From Macrostomum lignano (Eukaryota), in the NCBI GenBank assembly GCA_002269645.1, contig NIVC01000251.1, positions 310,001 through 374,000 on the forward strand: a stretch of 64,000 nucleotides of DNA. Direction: 5' to 3'. Of this stretch, positions 59,176-64,000 are shown one piece after another. Below the pieces are notes generated by a model. It was given only the letters and a program-made list of their open reading frames with translations, ran no database searches and was not told the DNA's origin. How positions within the stretch are numbered: the stretch's first letter is position 1; each line of letters starts with the position of its first letter. Position numbers and translations under genes: made by a program.

Positions 59176-62100
59176 GTGACGCGGAGTGTGGAGGTTTCGT
59201 GGACACCTCCCTGAATCAAAAAATCCATGCGCGTGAGGCCGATCCGTACGTCACAGGTCGAGTTGCGAGTCGAGAAGTCCCTTTCTTGCTAGACAGCGGC
59301 AGCCGGAAAAACTTCCTCGGTTCGTCAACCTGGGCCGCTATTAGACGCCGGATGCCTCGTTGTATTATATCGCATGCTATTCCCGATTGCGTAACTATGT
59401 ATGACGGGACGCAGCTCCCGCTTGCTTGTAAGGTGACCATCCCGGTGGAGTTCGGTGATGTCGTCGCGGACACCGAATTCCTCGTTACGGTCTCCGATTG
59501 TGAAAATTTACTTGGCGTATCATTTATGCGAGAGCACTGCCAGAACTTGGACTTCGCTCAAGGAATGTTGAAGTTTAACAATGGCGCGTGCATCCCCGTT
59601 CGCTATTCACGTCGTGAGCTTCAGAACTGCCGAGTGTACACCTCCGAGAAGTGCACCCTGCCGCCTAGAAGTTCAGCGCTGCTTGCCGTCAGACTGGATG
59701 ACGGCCACCCTGAGAATCGAGGATCGCCATCAATTGTCGAGCTGGTTAAGTCGAGGCTGCATCCCAGCTGCAACGCTCTGGAAGCAGCGCCTGCTCTGAT
59801 GACGATGCCTGAAGGTCGCGGCTACATTGAGGTCGTCAACACCGCCGACAGCGAGGTGTTCCTGCAAGCCGGTATCCGTGTTGGCGTTGCGACGCCACTC
59901 CGAACTGCCGACCTGATGTACTTGAGCGAGACGCCCGAACCTGAAGTGCGACACCTCCCGAAGAACTCTGAAGAGTCCAGCACAGCATGGCTAGATGAAG
60001 TCGAGATCAACAGCGAATTGTCCAAAGAACAACATCAAAGAGTGCGAGATCTACTAGTTGAATGTCAAGCGGCCTTCTCCAAGCACTCGCTAGACGCCGG
60101 CCTGACTCACCTGGTGACCCACGAGATCATCTTGAAGGACCGGACACCAGTCGCGCTACCACCGCGCCGAATCCCGCCTCATCTGAAGGACAAACTCGAC
60201 GCCCTGCTAGACGAGATGCTGGCGAAGCACATCATTCGCCCTGCCTACTCGAGCTACAATTCGCCAATGCTCATCGTGCCCAAGAAGGACGGCAACATCC
60301 GACTAGTCCACGACTTCAGAGCTCTCAATGACAGGTGTGTGTATCACCCGTATCCGCTCCCGCACATCCAGGAAACCTTCGCGAAGCTTCGTGGTGCTCA
60401 GTGGTATTCTAGCTTGGACCTTGCTCAAGGATTCTGGCAGATCCCGCTGCGCGACTGCGACCAGCACTTGACGGCATTCTCAGTAATCGACCGCGGCCAA
60501 TTCTGTTTCAACGTTCTACCGATGGGTCTCCACGATAGTCCCGGCAGCTTTCAGCGTTGCATCAATAAGCTCCTGGACGGCCTGACGCCAAAGACTGCGC
60601 TTGGCTACATGGACGACATCGTGGTGCACTCAGTGACTTTCGAGGAACAGCTGGATAACTTGCGAACTGTACTCCAGCGCATCATCGCAGCCAACCTCAA
60701 AGTGAAACCGAAGAAGTGTCATTTGTTCCTCAAGGAGCTGCATTATTTAGGTCACGTCGTGACTCCCGACGGCCTGAAGACCTGTGAGGACAAGATTGCG
60801 CAGATCCGTGATTGGCCCGTGCCACAGTCCGTTACTCAACTGAGACAATTCCTAGGCCTCGCCAATTACTACCACAAGTTTGTCGACGGCTACGCTGGAG
60901 TGGCTGCGCCGCTGCATGCCCTGACGCGAAAGGACATTGGCAGCTTGCGGCAGCATTGGACTCCTGAGCATCAGTTAGCGTTCGACACTTTGAAGAAGAA
61001 ATTGTGTTCTACTGAAGTTCTCGCTCTGCCTGAATTTAATTCTGATCCTGCTGTGAAGTTTGTCCTCGACACGGATGCCTCTGATATTCGAATAGGCGCT
61101 TGCCTTGGACAACTGCAATCCGACGGCGTCGAACGTCCAATTGCATTCTTTAGCCGTAAACTTCGCGATCCTGAGAAGCGCTACACGGTCACGAAAAAAG
61201 AGCTGCTTGCAATTGTGGACGCTATGCGACATTTCCGTCATTATTTAATTGGCAAGAAGTTTGAAGTTCGATCCGATCATCGGGCCTTACTGTGGTTACT
61301 GAACCAGACTCAGGCCACAGGTATTTTAGGCCGCTGGATCGAACGCCTAAGCGAGTTCCGCTTCCAGCTCAACCACCGCAAAGGCAAGGACCACGCCAAC
61401 GCTGATGCCCTGTCAAGAAGACCGGAGGCGCCGCCGATCTCCTTCGAGCATGGCCGACTGCTAGAGCAACCTGGTTCTACAGCCCGACCCGGTGACGACC
61501 ACGACCTGGAACCGGATTTGGACCCGACACCCGAGGCCACTGCCAAAGCAGCCCTCCAGAAGACAGTCCACTCTCGCTGCTTGGAGGCCAAGACTGACCT
61601 GGACGAAGACCTGGAAGCCACCGCGCCAGCAGCCTTCCAGCACGACGCCCACCGCTGCAGTCAACGCCTGGAGACCGGCCTGGACGACAACTCAGAGGCC
61701 ACTGCGACAACAGCCCTCTGCCGCGATGCCCATGCCGCCTACCGCAACTTGGAGACCAACCTGGACGAAGTCCTAGAGGCCACCGCTGACGCAGACCTCC
61801 TTGACAACGCCCAAGACTTCCGGTCTCGGAATCTGGAGACGCCCACGGACCAAGATTCAAAGGCCACCGCGCCAGCAGCCCTTCTGATGACGGCCCGCCA
61901 CGCAACTCCAGGCAAGCAATTTAACTACAACCCTTCCGAGCCTTTCGCTGAGATTTCTCGCCGTGTTGACAGAGGCCAGAATCTCGCGCCAGCTGCAAGG
62001 TCGAAGCTCTGTCCCCCGGGCCGACAGACAGCTGCTCATCGCCTGTGCGGAAAGTCGAGTCCCCCTTTGCGACACCGCCCAGTGCTGGAGAAGACTCACC

Positions 62101-64000
62101 CAATTTTGACGACGACTGAGCCGACGGCTACGGCTGCTCGCGACGAGGCGTGCTTCACGTGTTGCGTCCCGCCCTACAGCCAAGAGTCGCCTGTGCTATG
62201 CAGTGGAGGCATGCGCGCTGCTCCATCTGCGGAATCTTCTGTCATGAGAGCGATAAAGAGAACTTCGATTCGAGATCAACGGACGTACGCCGACGTTGTG
62301 AGACAAAGTCCCTCGGAGCGACCTAATCCTGACGCCGACAAGACGGTGCCGTGTGATCGACCTGGAGCCATTAAAGCGGAGACTGCGGGAATCCGGACCC
62401 CTCAGCCATGCCGCGCCGTGCTCTCTGATTTTCTGAAGCTGCCGATGACTCGCCAACAGTTCGTTGACGCCCAACGCGCTGACCGAGCCATCAGCTATGT
62501 GCTCAACCTGGTCAAGGACGAAGCCCCGAAGCCTGAGTTCGACGCCCGGTTGCGCCTGACGAAGGAGCAGCGGAATCTGCTCGGATACTACGAGAACCTG
62601 CAGGAGGACAACGGCCTGCTGCTGATTGACCTGTCCGATGGCCAGCAGCCGCCAAAGGTTGTTCTGCCTGAGGCCCTTGACGCCCAGGTGCTCCAGGAGC
62701 TCCACAGTTCGCCACTGTGTGGACACCTCGGCGAGACGAAGACGTTACTGCGGCTACGAGAACGGTTCTGGAGACCCGGATTAGCCCGTGCTACCAAGAC
62801 CTTCATCAGTAAGTGCCGCACTTGCCTTGAAAGTAAATCGCGACGGCGAGAGAGAGTTCCGGTCCAGAGCTTCCCAGTTTGCGAAGTTCTGGGTAGAATC
62901 CACTGTGATGTAGTAGGACCAATCGCGCAGAAGAGCAAGAGCGGTAACCGCTACATCCTGACCTTGTGCGATGCGACGTCGAAGTATCCATTCGCCTACC
63001 CGATGAGAAACCAGAAAGCCAAAACAGTCATCAAGCTTCTGCAGGAGCGCTTCATCCCTGAGTTCGGTGTACCATGCTGGATCCACACCGACCAAGGCAC
63101 CAACTTCACCGGCTCGGCCTTCAAGAAGTTCTGCGACCTGTTTGGCATTCGGCATACGACAACAACACCGTACAATCCAGCTTCCAATGGACAAGTCGAG
63201 AACCTCAACAAGCAGCTGAAGAGTGTCCTCACCTGTCTGCTCGAGCGCAACCACAACGACTGGGACACCTTCCTCCCGGCCTGTCTGATGGCTCTCCGCT
63301 CCAGCGTGCACCCGGTGACCGGCTTCACGCCTCACTACCTGGTGTTCGGCCGTGACTTCCGACTCCCGATCGACAACGCGCTGAAGAAGCTGCCCGAGTA
63401 CGCCGACCTGCCCGACTACGTCAAGGACTTCCAACGTCGCCTGGACGAGGCGACTGAGCTAGCCAAGGAGCGCCTGCATCTGCACCAGCAACTGCGAGAC
63501 GAGCACTATTCGAACCTGCCCGCCGCCAAGAAGCTTCAACCCGGTGATCTGGTCTTCCTCAACAATCCGGTGCTTGAACCGGACGAGGCGGCGAAATTTC
63601 ATCGACCTCGCAAAGCGCTGTACGAAGTCGTCGAGCCCAAGGGCGAGGTCGTCTACAAGATTCGACGGAGACTGCCCAACCCGAGAGCCAGACGAGACGA
63701 ACTAGTCGTCCATCGCCGGAACCTTCTGCTCGTGCCTGACGCTGACTACACGAGAACTTCGGACCCTGAAGTCGACAAACCGAAGAAACGCCGGCGGCCG
63801 CCTGACGTCCCCGACGGCGCAGGACCAGGGACCCTGACGCCAATCCCCGAGGACGACCAGGACGACCCCGACGATGACGATGATGACGGCTACGACGCAA
63901 GGCCGGCCTTCCGATGGCACTTCCGGCCTGTGGCGATCCCGGAGGTGCAGCCAGGAGGTGGACCGGTCACGACACCAGCGAACCAGGCAAGTGCACTTCG
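59028..64000 (+). CDS. pol: pol polyprotein (PR-RT-RNaseH-IN), uninterrupted to the window end
   Basis: Hand translation found no stop. FLLDSG protease (59283), LDLAQGFWQ and YMDD RT (about 60606), DTDAS and NADALSR RNaseH, HSSPLCGH...CRTC zinc finger, IHCDVVGP, HTDQG, NGQVE integrase triad. Confidence 0.95.

Larger units (their letters stand above)
57201..64000 (+). mobile_element. Ty3/Gypsy LTR retrotransposon, 3' part beyond the window; 5' LTR about 57201-57910 (alternative start 56928)
   Basis: TGTT(57201)...AACA(57910), then a PBS, gag and pol in the order PR-RT-RNaseH-IN. The second LTR is not in the window, so LTR boundaries are inferred. Confidence 0.95.

Noticed and set aside
62196-63434. 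Antisense ORFs (176 and 217 aa) inside pol
   Set aside because: Expected shadow ORFs of a GC-rich open pol frame; no motifs.

Overview
Eukaryotic (animal) genomic DNA with GT-AG introns, AT-rich spacers and many minisatellites. The style suggests a free-living flatworm such as Macrostomum (inference only). Most long ORFs in the supplied track between 4 and 29 kb are artefacts of tandem arrays. Genes rebuilt by hand from splice sites and frame: a 5'-truncated, very divergent SLC6-like transporter (3-1946,+); a 2-exon UPF0658/DUF7789-like membrane protein (16347-18510,+); a complete 5-exon Polo-like kinase 1 (30329-25779,-); three tandem minus-strand ankyrin-kinase genes (40.4-52.9 kb); an intronless orphan class A GPCR (55655-54120,-); and a Ty3/Gypsy LTR retrotransposon from about 57.2 kb to the window end. 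Its pol is open for about 1,650 codons but is missing from the ORF track because no stop falls inside the window. The best candidate for a new system is the kinase cluster. The middle gene splices into a roughly 1,012-aa protein: degenerate TK/RIPK-like kinase, ankyrin repeats, then a MAP3K-like kinase. All three genes reuse one two-exon kinase cassette entered through a phase-2 intron, and two of them carry an atypical HRDxN catalytic loop.
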